Shown one piece after another: positions 25,209-33,877 of a stretch of 64,000 bases of DNA (the first letter of the stretch is position 1; each line of letters opens with the position of its first letter). The notes beneath the pieces were generated by a model. The model saw nothing but the letters and a program-made list of their open reading frames with translations, made no database searches and was not told where the DNA came from. Where the stretch lies: the NCBI GenBank assembly GCA_963781585.1, contig CAWAGQ010000013.1, positions 448,001 through 512,000 on the forward strand, written 5' to 3'. Source of the DNA: an uncultured Gemmatimonadaceae bacterium. GTDB lineage: Bacteria; Gemmatimonadota; Gemmatimonadetes; Gemmatimonadales; Gemmatimonadaceae. The translations under genes and the position numbers were made by a program.

Positions 25209-27230
25209 GTGGGTTTTCGCTTCAAGGGTCTCGCCTTCGAGCGCGTCGGGGTCGTCGGGTCCGGTCAAATCGGTCCCGACATCGCGCTCTATTTCGCCAA
25301 GGCATTGCACGAATACGGCGTGTCAGTGGTGGTGGTCGACGTCTCTGGCGACGCGTTGGCGCGGGGGCGATCGAAGCTCGAGCAGAAGGTCACGAAGGGG
25401 AGGGAATCGGGCGCCTTCTCGCCAGCCGCCGCCGAGGCGATCCTGAGCAGCGTCACCTTTACCACCGACGACGAATCGATTCGCGGTGCGGGTCTGATCG
25501 TGGAGGCCGCGACCGAGAACCTCGACGTCAAGCGCCGGATTTTCGCCCGACTCGAGGACCTCACGGACCCAGCGGCGATCCTCGCCTCGAACTCATCGCA
25601 CATCGAGCCGGACGAGATCTTCACCGGGCTCCGCCACCAGGACCGGGCGCTGGTCATCCACTACTTCTTCCCGGCCGAGCGGAACCCACTCGTTGAAATC
25701 GTCCCTTCCCGGCACGTGGGCGATGCGCTCGTCCGCCAGGTGATGGCGCTGTACGAGGCGATCGGGAAGGTCCCCGTTCGCGTGGCGAGTCGGTACGGCT
25801 ACGCCGTGAATCCGGTGTTCGAAGGACTCTTTCTCGCCGCCGCGCTCGCGGTCGAAGCGGGACTGGGAACGACGAAGGAGGTCGACATCGCCGCGCGCGG
25901 TGCGCTGGGCCTCGGTGTGGGGCCGTTCACGGCGATGAATCTCACCGGCGGCAACCCGATCACTGATCACGCGCTCGACGAGATGCACCTGCGCTTCGGC
26001 GCCTGGTGGCGCTCGCCCGCCCTCATGAAGGAGGCAATGTCGTCGGGGCGGCCGTGGGACGTCGCGAAACGGGACGAGCGCGTCTCGATCCCGGAAGAGC
26101 GCGAACGCAGAATCGTCGGCGTCATGCAGGGAGCGTACCTCGGTCTTGTCGGACAGATCCTCGACACCGGCATCATCACCCCTGGTGACATGGAGTTGGC
26201 GGTGGAGGTCGGCCTCGTAATGCGTCCGCCGCTCGCGTTCATGAACGAACTTGGCGTGGACCGTGCGCTGTTGCTGGTCGAGGCGTATGCCGCGGACCAT
26301 CCCGGGTTCCCGGTGCCGCGATTCCTCGTCGACCAGGCACGCACCGCCCGGCCATTCCCCGTCGAGCACGTCGTGAGGCGCGACGACCGCGACGTGGCCG
26401 TGCTCACGATACGCCGGCCGCAGGTTCTGAACGCGCTCAGCGACGACGTGTACGCCGAGCTGTACGATCGGTTTGCTGCGCTGCGCGATGACCCGGCGAT
26501 TGCGGCGGTTGTGCTCACCGGCTTCGGTACCAAGGCCTTCGTTTCCGGCGCTGACGTCAAATTCCTGTCGAGCATCGATTCGCCACAGGTCGGGTTGGAG
26601 ACGTCGGAGCGCTCGAAGCGAACTGGCGATCTCATCGAGCATCTCGGCAAGCCGGTGATCTGCGCGCTCAACGGCTTTGCGATGGGCGGCGGCAACGAGC
26701 TGGCGATGTGCTGCTCGGCGCGGCTGGTGAAGAAGGGGCTGAAGCTCGCCGTCTCGCAACCCGAGGCGAATCTGGGCATCATCCCGGGCGCCGGGGCAAC
26801 GCAGCGCCTCCCGAGACTGGTGGGCGTCGAACGGGCGGCCGGGCTGCTCCGGACCGGTCGTGGATTGTCGTCGCGTGAGGCAGTGGAGTGCGGTCTCGCG
26901 CGTGAAGAGGTCGAGGGGGACGTGGTGGAAGCGGCGGTATCGCTGGCGCGCGCTGCGGCGCGTGGCGACATCTGCCTGACGACGATCGATCCGGCGCCGC
27001 TCGACACGCCGGCGTCAGTCCCGCCGGTCGACATCGGTCACCTGAGTCGCGCGATCGATGCGCTCCTGTGCCGCGCCGTCATCGAAGGGTGCCGGAAGCC
27101 GCTGGCCCAGGGGCTGCGCTTCGAGTCGGAGCTGTTCGGTGCGTGCTGCGCGACTGAGGATATGCGGATCGGCGTGCGCAATTTCCTCGAGAACGGACCC
27201 CTGGTGAAAGCCGTGTTCGTGCATCGGTGA
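25209..27230 (+). CDS. Bifunctional 3-hydroxyacyl-CoA dehydrogenase / enoyl-CoA hydratase (dehydrogenase domain first)
   Basis: 'GVVGSGQIG', 'EAATE', 'ASNSS', 'HYFFPA'; C-half 'FVSGAD', 'GGGNEL', 'PE.NLGIIPGAG.TQRLPR'. Divergent from bcrC. Confidence 0.88.
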   Translation: MGFRFKGLAFERVGVVGSGQIGPDIALYFAKALHEYGVSVVVVDVSGDALARGRSKLEQKVTKGRESGAFSPAAAEAILSSVTFTTDDESIRGAGLIVEAATENLDVKRRIFARLEDLTDPAAILASNSSHIEPDEIFTGLRHQDRALVIHYFFPAERNPLVEIVPSRHVGDALVRQVMALYEAIGKVPVRVASRYGYAVNPVFEGLFLAAALAVEAGLGTTKEVDIAARGALGLGVGPFTAMNLTGGNPITDHALDEMHLRFGAWWRSPALMKEAMSSGRPWDVAKRDERVSIPEERERRIVGVMQGAYLGLVGQILDTGIITPGDMELAVEVGLVMRPPLAFMNELGVDRALLLVEAYAADHPGFPVPRFLVDQARTARPFPVEHVVRRDDRDVAVLTIRRPQVLNALSDDVYAELYDRFAALRDDPAIAAVVLTGFGTKAFVSGADVKFLSSIDSPQVGLETSERSKRTGDLIEHLGKPVICALNGFAMGGGNELAMCCSARLVKKGLKLAVSQPEANLGIIPGAGATQRLPRLVGVERAAGLLRTGRGLSSREAVECGLAREEVEGDVVEAAVSLARAAARGDICLTTIDPAPLDTPASVPPVDIGHLSRAIDALLCRAVIEGCRKPLAQGLRFESELFGACCATEDMRIGVRNFLENGPLVKAVFVHR

Positions 27231-27236
27231 GCCGGT

Positions 27237-29864
27237 TCAGTCCGACCGCAATGCCGTCAGCGGGTCGGTCCGCACGGCGCGTCGCGCCGGCATCCAGATG
27301 GCACCGACTGCCACGCCGAACAGCAACGCCGGCGCCGCCACCAGAGTCAGGCCGTCCAGCGCCGTCACCCCGTAGAGCAGCCCGGCGAACACGCGCGCAA
27401 CCGCGAACGTCGCGGTGAGGCCGATGCCGATCCCGGCGCCCGCCAGGACAGCGCCCCGCGTCAGCACCTCACGAAACACCTGGCGCGGTGAGGCGCCGAG
27501 GGCCATGCGCACGCCGAGCTCGCGAGTTCGCTGCGCAACCGTGAACGAGACCACGCCATAGATTCCGACCGCGCCCAGGCCTAACGCCAGCAGGGCGAAG
27601 CCGGTCAGCAGCAGGGCCGTGAACCGCGCCCGCGCGACCGAGGACGATACGATCTCGCCCATGGTCCGCACGTCGGTGACCGGAGCGGTCGGGTCGAGTG
27701 CCGCCACCGCCGCGCGCAGCGTCGACGCGAATGCGGTCGCCTCACCCGCCGTGCGGGCGACGATGGTGAGATCGGTCTCCGGAAGCTGGGCCAGCGGCCG
27801 GTAGATCGTCATCTCGTTGGTGCCGTTGACGCTGTCCTGCTTGACCTCCCGCGCAACGCCCACGATGGTGATCCACGTGCTGGTGTCGGCGGGTGGGCTG
27901 ATGCGTTTGCCGACCGCGTCCTCGTCAGGCCAGAAGTGACGAGCCACCGATTCGCTGACGATGGCCACCGGAGGTGCATGGGCACGATCGGCGCTGGTGA
28001 ATGGGCGCCCGCGCGCGATCGGGATGGACATGGTCTCGAAGTATCGCGGCGTGATGTGCTGCTCGTGTTCGATCATCGGCAGCTCATGCCGCGCATCCTC
28101 ATACTGTCCCTCGACCCGCACGGCCATCCCGTACACGGGTCCGCGGAGCGGCGGCCGGTCGATCGCCGCCACCGCCGTGATCCCCGCGGCCGACTCGAGG
28201 CGCGCAAGAAGGGCGTCGAGGAACGCGGCCCGCCGCGCCGGTTCGCGATAGCTGCCGATCGACAGCGTGACCCGGCCGGCGATCACCCGGTCGCCGCGGA
28301 ATCCCGGATCGACCCGCCGCAGGGCGTCGAAGCTGCGCAGCAGCAACCCCGATGCCGCGACCAATACCACCGCCAGCGCCAGCTGCAGCGCGGTCAGCCC
28401 GCCCGCCAGACGGCGATGCTCGACGTTGGCGGACCCGCCCCGCGCAGCGAGCGCGGCCCCCGGATCGTGGCGCGCCGCCCGCTGGGCCGGGAGGAGTCCG
28501 AACGCGATCCCGCATGAGGCGGTGAGTGCCGCGGTGAACAGGAGCACCCGTCGGTCCACAGCGACTGGCGCCGTGCCGCCGATTTGCGCGGGAAGCCCGG
28601 TGACCAGGGCGTGCACGCCGGCCCAGGCGAGCACAATGCCCACCGCGCCCCCGATGCCCGCCAGCACCAGATTCTCGGTAAGGAGCTGCCGGGTCAATCG
28701 CGCCCCGCTGCACCCCAGCGCCGTGCGGACCGCGAACTCACGGGCGCGGCCGATCGACCGGACCAGCACCAGATTCGCCACGTTGGCGCATGCGATGAGC
28801 AGCAGCGCGAGAACGACGCCAAGCAGGACCAGGAGAGTGGTGCGCGCTGGCCCGGCGATTTCGGACTGAAGCGGCACGACGGTAGCGTCGTCACCGAAGG
28901 TCGGACCGGCGTCCCATAGCGGATTCTCGCGCCGCATGAGGTGTGCGGCGGCCTTCGCGTCACGCTCGGCCTGGGCGAGCGATGCGCCGGCGCGGAGCCG
29001 CGCGAGCGCGTGGTATTTGTACCATCCCCAATAGTTGCCCGCGTTGGTGGGATCGAACGTCGACTGGATCCAGAGTTGTGTCGCGACGGTCGGGAAGTAG
29101 AACGACGGCGGCATAATGCCCACGATGGTGAACCGCACCCCTTCCACCAGAATCGTGCGCCCCACAAGGCCCGTGTCGCCGCCGAATTGCGCGCGCCAGA
29201 AGGCATCGCTCAGGATCGCTTCGCGCGGTGACCCGGGCTTGTTGGCGCCGGGCGAGAAATCGCGGCCCCGCGCCGGCGATACGCCCAGGGTGGTGAAGAG
29301 GTTCTCCGAGACGTCCATGCCCTCGGCGCGCACCGCGGTTGCATCGTCGCCCACGTTCATCTGCCACCCCGAGTAGGTGGCGAACTGCGAGAACGATCGG
29401 GCATGATCGCGGATGCCGAACAGCACACCGGCGGACATGTTGCTCCACACGCTGACCAGCCGGGCGGGCCGTCGGTACGGGGGTGGACGAAACAGCAGCG
29501 CATCGGCGACGCTGAAGATGGCTGTGTTGGCCCCGATGCCCAGCGCCAGCGTGACCACGACCGACGCGGCGTAGCCGGGTCGGGTGACGAGGGCCCGAAG
29601 CGCGAATCGCACGTCCCGCTGCAGATCGCCCATCCATTCCCGGGCCGCGCGACGCTCACGCGCCGACTCATCGAGGTGCTGGAGCTCCGACCGCACCGTG
29701 GTGCCGTCGCCAAACCGGCGCACGGCTTCCCGTTCGGCGTCTTCGCGCGTCATCCCGCGTGCCACGAAGTCGTCGATGCGCCCCTCGACGTGAAAGGCCA
29801 GCTCGTCGTCGATGTCGCGGCGGACGCCGCGGCGTGTGAGGGGAAGACGAAACAAGCGCTTCAC
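27237..29864 (-). CDS. ABC transporter permease, duplicated MacB/FtsX (ADOP-type)
   Basis: 'DDELAFH', 'LALGIGANTAIFS', 'LIACANVANL', 'RTRELGVRMALGA', 'PARRA..DP..ALRSD'; GTG 29864 overlaps the PadR stop. Confidence 0.9.
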   Translation of the reverse strand: MKRLFRLPLTRRGVRRDIDDELAFHVEGRIDDFVARGMTREDAEREAVRRFGDGTTVRSELQHLDESARERRAAREWMGDLQRDVRFALRALVTRPGYAASVVVTLALGIGANTAIFSVADALLFRPPPYRRPARLVSVWSNMSAGVLFGIRDHARSFSQFATYSGWQMNVGDDATAVRAEGMDVSENLFTTLGVSPARGRDFSPGANKPGSPREAILSDAFWRAQFGGDTGLVGRTILVEGVRFTIVGIMPPSFYFPTVATQLWIQSTFDPTNAGNYWGWYKYHALARLRAGASLAQAERDAKAAAHLMRRENPLWDAGPTFGDDATVVPLQSEIAGPARTTLLVLLGVVLALLLIACANVANLVLVRSIGRAREFAVRTALGCSGARLTRQLLTENLVLAGIGGAVGIVLAWAGVHALVTGLPAQIGGTAPVAVDRRVLLFTAALTASCGIAFGLLPAQRAARHDPGAALAARGGSANVEHRRLAGGLTALQLALAVVLVAASGLLLRSFDALRRVDPGFRGDRVIAGRVTLSIGSYREPARRAAFLDALLARLESAAGITAVAAIDRPPLRGPVYGMAVRVEGQYEDARHELPMIEHEQHITPRYFETMSIPIARGRPFTSADRAHAPPVAIVSESVARHFWPDEDAVGKRISPPADTSTWITIVGVAREVKQDSVNGTNEMTIYRPLAQLPETDLTIVARTAGEATAFASTLRAAVAALDPTAPVTDVRTMGEIVSSSVARARFTALLLTGFALLALGLGAVGIYGVVSFTVAQRTRELGVRMALGASPRQVFREVLTRGAVLAGAGIGIGLTATFAVARVFAGLLYGVTALDGLTLVAAPALLFGVAVGAIWMPARRAVRTDPLTALRSD

Positions 29865-30202
29865 GCGCCGGCTCCCCGCGCCGACAGAATGAGGGTGGCA
29901 GCGCGCACGTAACGCTGCCAGAGCGACGTCTGGCCCACGAGCTGCGCGCGCCCGCGGCGCGTCAGGCGATAGAACTTCGCCCGGCGTCCCTGGTCGGTGA
30001 GCCCCCATTCCGACTCGAGCCAGCCCTTCTGCTCCATACGGTGCAGGGCGGGGTAGAGCGCGCCTTCCTCCACCTCGAGGTTTGCTTCGCTGGTGCGTTC
30101 GATCCAGCGCACGACGGCAAGTCCGTGCATGGCACCCCAGCTCAGCGCCTTGAGGATGAACAGGTCGAGCGTTCCGCGAACCAGATCGAGGGTCTGCGCC
30201 AC
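29861..30202 (-). CDS. PadR-family transcriptional regulator
   Basis: 'GTLDL.ILKAL', 'EEGALYPALHR', 'RRAKFY.LT'. Confidence 0.9.
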   Translation of the reverse strand: MAQTLDLVRGTLDLFILKALSWGAMHGLAVVRWIERTSEANLEVEEGALYPALHRMEQKGWLESEWGLTDQGRRAKFYRLTRRGRAQLVGQTSLWQRYVRAATLILSARGAGA

Positions 30203-30211
30203 CGGCGGCTC

Positions 30212-30234
30212 CTATCCTAAGGTTCTTAGGTTAG
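30212..30234. promoter_or_regulatory. Inverted repeat CCTAAG-N3-CTTAGG, putative PadR operator
   Basis: Perfect 6-bp arms at 30216-30221 and 30225-30230, extended by CTA/TAG, directly upstream of the padR RBS. Confidence 0.6.
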
Positions 30235-30439
30235 ACGCGCGGCGCTGGAAAAAGGTTGGCGGGGGTACCGGGCGTGGTGCGGCGTGGCGTACCGGGCGGG
30301 GAACGAGGAGACGCCGGACGGAAGATCCCGGCGTTCACCCGCCCTGGCGAGGATTGGCGTCGCAGATGCCGGCCATCATATTGGCCGTAGTGACGCGACC
30401 TGCCCGCGAAGCCCCGGCGCGACTTCGGACCCCCGTCGA

Positions 30440-30952
30440 ATGACAACCGACTGGCCCGGCAGCGTCCATCGCGTGCTTCGCACCGCACACGTGCACCAGG
30501 TCGGCGTCGTACCCGACGCAGGTCACGCGCGGTTGATCGCGCTCTGCGAGGCGGACCGTGCCATACGGGTCGTCAGGCTCACCAGCGAGGAACAGGGCGT
30601 CGCGTTGCTGGCCGGAGCCTGGCTCGGCGGCGGGAAAGGCGTGCTGCTCATGCAGAGCAGCGGCACCGGCAACTGCATCAACATGCTCTCGCTCGCGCAG
30701 GCATGCCGGTTTCCGATCGTGATGCTCGTGACCATGCGCGGCGAGCCCGGAGAGACAAACCCGGCGCAGCTCCCGATGGGAGGCGCGACGCAGCGCGTGC
30801 TGGAGGCGATGGGCGTCGCGGTGTCCCGCGTGGACCAAGCCGATGATGTCGCGCCTACGGTCGCGGCAGTGCTCGAACGCGCGTATTTACTCGAGCGCGC
30901 GCACGCGGTACTCATCGCGCAGCAGGTGCTTGGCTTCAAGGAGTTCAAATGA
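30440..30952 (+). CDS. Thiamine-diphosphate decarboxylase alpha subunit (sulfopyruvate/phosphonopyruvate decarboxylase-like)
   Basis: 'VPDAGH', 'EEQGV', 'LMQSSGTGNCIN', 'TMRG', 'Q.PMG'. Confidence 0.8.
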   Translation: MTTDWPGSVHRVLRTAHVHQVGVVPDAGHARLIALCEADRAIRVVRLTSEEQGVALLAGAWLGGGKGVLLMQSSGTGNCINMLSLAQACRFPIVMLVTMRGEPGETNPAQLPMGGATQRVLEAMGVAVSRVDQADDVAPTVAAVLERAYLLERAHAVLIAQQVLGFKEFK

Positions 30953-31638
30953 GCGCGGGTATGTCCGCACGGGGAACACCGCCGAAGCGCGACGCGGCCG
31001 GGAAGGGCGAGCGGGGAGCCGCGCTGCACCGTCGCGACGTGGTGCAACGCCTCCTCACCGAACGCGGCGACCTGCTCGTGATCGCGGGGCTGGGAGCGCC
31101 GGCGTGGGACGTCGCCGCCGCGGGCGACCGCGCGCTCGATTTCCCGATGTGGGGCGCGATGGGCGGCGCATCCATGGTGGGGCTCGGCCTCGCCCTCGCG
31201 CAGCCGAAACGCGGAGTGCTGGTGATCACCGGGGACGGCGAGATGCTCATGGGGCTCGGTGCGCTGGCGACGATTGCCGTGCAGCGGCCGCGGAATCTCG
31301 CTATCGTCGTCCTGGACAACCAGCGGTACGGCGAGACGGGCATGCAGCGGACCCACACCGCGTACGGCGTCGATCTCGCGGGGATGGCGAAGGCGGCAGG
31401 ATTCCGGCAGGTGCGGCGCGTGCGCACGCGTTCGGGGGTGGCGCGATTGGCCAGACTCGTGCTTCGCGGTGCCGGACCGGTATTCGGCGTGGTCACGGTG
31501 AGGGCGGAGAGGCCGCCGCTCGTTCTTCCGTCGAAGGATGGAGTGTGGCTCAAGCAGCGATTCCGCGCGGCGCTGGGCGCGAGCGTTGTGCCTACGCGCG
31601 GAGCCAGTCGGCCCGCCAGGTCTGAATCGCCTCCTTGA
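30949..31638 (+). CDS. Thiamine-diphosphate decarboxylase beta subunit
   Basis: 'GAMG', 'GDGEMLMGLG', 'DN..YGETG.Q'; ATGA-coupled to the alpha subunit. Confidence 0.8.
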   Translation: MSAGMSARGTPPKRDAAGKGERGAALHRRDVVQRLLTERGDLLVIAGLGAPAWDVAAAGDRALDFPMWGAMGGASMVGLGLALAQPKRGVLVITGDGEMLMGLGALATIAVQRPRNLAIVVLDNQRYGETGMQRTHTAYGVDLAGMAKAAGFRQVRRVRTRSGVARLARLVLRGAGPVFGVVTVRAERPPLVLPSKDGVWLKQRFRAALGASVVPTRGASRPARSESPP

Positions 31639-32032
31639 TCGACTTCTGATCGGCTAGTTCCCCCCCCGCCGCGCGCCTGACGAGACCGGGGAGCTCGGCA
31701 TCCGAGGCAAACCGCAGCGCCACGATCTGCCCCCGCGAGAGCTTCGCGATGTCGCCGACCATATCGGCAGGCAGCAGACGTTGCATGCGCAGCGTCTCCT
31801 CGAGTCGGATGACCCGGTCCTGTACACTCACGGCCATCGTCCGGGACGCCACCACCGCGGCAACGATCGCCAGGGCCCACAGCGCGGAGCTGACGGTGGC
31901 CACGCTCGGCTCCTGGAAGGCGGTGGAGATGGCCAGCGCCGCGTACCCCGATGTCACGGGAAGCGCGAAGAAGTGGTACAGAGGGAAGTACCGCGCGTGA
32001 CGGCGCGCGCTCTGAGTGCGTTGAGGTGTCAT
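31592..32032 (-). CDS. Small membrane protein (DUF6526-like)
   Basis: 'YHFFALP', two hydrophobic segments, 'QDRVIRLEE', 'ALRFASD.EL', 'IK.AI..WRAD..R'. Confidence 0.7.
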   Translation of the reverse strand: MTPQRTQSARRHARYFPLYHFFALPVTSGYAALAISTAFQEPSVATVSSALWALAIVAAVVASRTMAVSVQDRVIRLEETLRMQRLLPADMVGDIAKLSRGQIVALRFASDAELPGLVRRAAGGELADQKSIKEAIQTWRADWLRA

Positions 32033-32166
32033 GCGGTGTTCCGGGTTGAGGGCTCCGGCGGTCCGGCGCGCGCCGCGGGCGGGCGGTCTGTCGTGGGCGA
32101 CAGGGCCGAAAGATGCGGCCTGGAAATCTGAGCCGCGAGAATCAACTGCTGATGGAACGCTCTCGG

Positions 32167-32449
32167 CTAGCGCCGTCCCTCGAGCTCTTTCACGTCGGCG
32201 CGATCGCGGTCGCGGCCCGAAGCCACCTTGTTGGTCACCAGATCGGCGTTCACCGAACCGCGGACGTGCTACTGCTCGGCCAGCGTCGTGAGCGTCACGG
32301 GCATCGTGCGCCGTGTGTAGGACGGGAGCGGCCGCTGAGTCAGCGCCCGCATCCGACGGCTGAGCTCAGCGAGCAATGCCAGCCGCTCTTCGGCCGAGCC
32401 AGCCACCCGGGCATCACTCGCTCCGCAGCGGCACGACGCGCGCTTTCAT
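32167..32449 (-). pseudogene. Decayed small protein + nucleotidyltransferase pair
   Basis: ATG 32449 'MKARVVPLRSE*' shifts frame into 'DARVAGSAEERLALLAELSRRMRALTQRPLPSYTRRTMPVTLTTLAEQ*' (stop 32269). Then 32247-32167 'ADLVTNKVASGRDRDRADVKELEGRR*', the K..SGR..D..D C-terminal motif of minimal nucleotidyltransferases. Confidence 0.55.
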
Positions 32450-32575
32450 TCGCCTTCTATCGGTCGGCATGCGTTGGAATCTAGGCGTCCGCTGCGTGGC
32501 GCACAGCACCTCCTTGTGAACTGCCAGGCCGGAGCCGTGTGCGGGAATCCATGCTCAGCGCGCCGGCGAATTCGT

Positions 32576-33877
32576 TCACCGGTCGGCTCTCCCCTGCCCG
32601 AGAGATCGCCGGTGCGTCTCCGGCGCGAACCACGTTGCAACCACGCTGATCGCGCTCGACCCCGCCATGTACCACGCCACCGCGTGCGCCCCGTCGCGCG
32701 CCAGGAGCAGGGTGGCGATGAATGGCGCGAGGCCCCCGGAAAAGACCGACGCGAGCTGGTAGATGAGGGACGCGCCGCTGTATCGCACGCGGGTCGAGAA
32801 CAGCTCCGCGAAGTAGGCCGCCTGCGGCCCGTACATCATGTCCTGTCCGACGTTCAACCCCAGAATGATCGCGATCGGCACGAACGCGGCGCCGAGGCCG
32901 ATGAGCGGGAAGAACAGGAACGAGTAGACGAGCGACAGCACCGCGCCGGCCAGGTACACCGGACGTCGCCCAATGCGGTCGGAGAGCGCGCCGAAAATCG
33001 GATTCGAGAACAGGCCCACCACCGCCGCCACCGCCACGCCGGCGAGCATCGCCTTCCTGGAGTAGCCGAGAGTCTTTTCTCCGTAGCTCAGCACGAAGAC
33101 GGTGTAGATGTAGAAGAGCATGTTCTGCGCGAAGCGCATGCCCATGCCGACCACGATCTCCCGCGGATGGGCGCGAAAGACCTCGAGCAGCGGCGCGCGC
33201 ACCGTGTCGCGACGCTCCTGGAGATCGGTGAATGCCGGAGTCTCGAGCAGGCGGAGCCGCACGAACAGGCCGACGGCGACGAGCACCGCGCTCAGGAGAA
33301 ACGGGATGCGCCAGCCCCACGCCACGAACTGCTCGTCAGGCAGGGTTCCCGAGAAGAAGGCGAAGACGCCGGTGGAGAGGAGGAGTCCGGCCGGTACGCC
33401 CATCTGCGGCCAGCTTCCGTGAAGGCCTCGCCGGCCCGTGTCGCCCGAGTGCTCCACTGCCATCAGCACCGCGCCGCCCCACTCGCCGCCGACGCCAATT
33501 CCCTGCAGGAAGCGCAGCACCACCAGGATGACCGGCGCCCAGTAGCCGATGGCGTCGTATCCCGGCAGGATGCCCATCAGCATCGTAGCCACGCCCATGA
33601 TCAGGAGCGACCAGACGAGCGTCTTCTTACGCCCCACCCGGTCGCCGTAGTGGCCGAAGATCGCGCCGCCTAACGGACGGGCGACGAAGCCGACCGCGAA
33701 GGTGCCGTACGCGCTCAGCGTCCCGGCCAGCGGATCCAGCGTCGGGAAGAAAAGGCGGTTGAAGACCAGCGCCGCGGCGGTGCCGTAGAGGAAGAAGTCG
33801 TACCACTCAATGGTAGTGCCGATGAAGCTGGCGAAGATGACCGCGCGCAGATTCTGGCGGGTGGCTGGTTTCGTCAC
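32576..33877 (-). CDS. MFS transporter, MHS family (ShiA-like)
   Basis: 'GTTIEWYDFFLYG', 'GHYGDRVGRK', 'GGEWGGA', 'RVRYSGAS'; GTGA overlap with the kinase stop. Confidence 0.9.
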   Translation of the reverse strand: MTKPATRQNLRAVIFASFIGTTIEWYDFFLYGTAAALVFNRLFFPTLDPLAGTLSAYGTFAVGFVARPLGGAIFGHYGDRVGRKKTLVWSLLIMGVATMLMGILPGYDAIGYWAPVILVVLRFLQGIGVGGEWGGAVLMAVEHSGDTGRRGLHGSWPQMGVPAGLLLSTGVFAFFSGTLPDEQFVAWGWRIPFLLSAVLVAVGLFVRLRLLETPAFTDLQERRDTVRAPLLEVFRAHPREIVVGMGMRFAQNMLFYIYTVFVLSYGEKTLGYSRKAMLAGVAVAAVVGLFSNPIFGALSDRIGRRPVYLAGAVLSLVYSFLFFPLIGLGAAFVPIAIILGLNVGQDMMYGPQAAYFAELFSTRVRYSGASLIYQLASVFSGGLAPFIATLLLARDGAHAVAWYMAGSSAISVVATWFAPETHRRSLGQGRADR

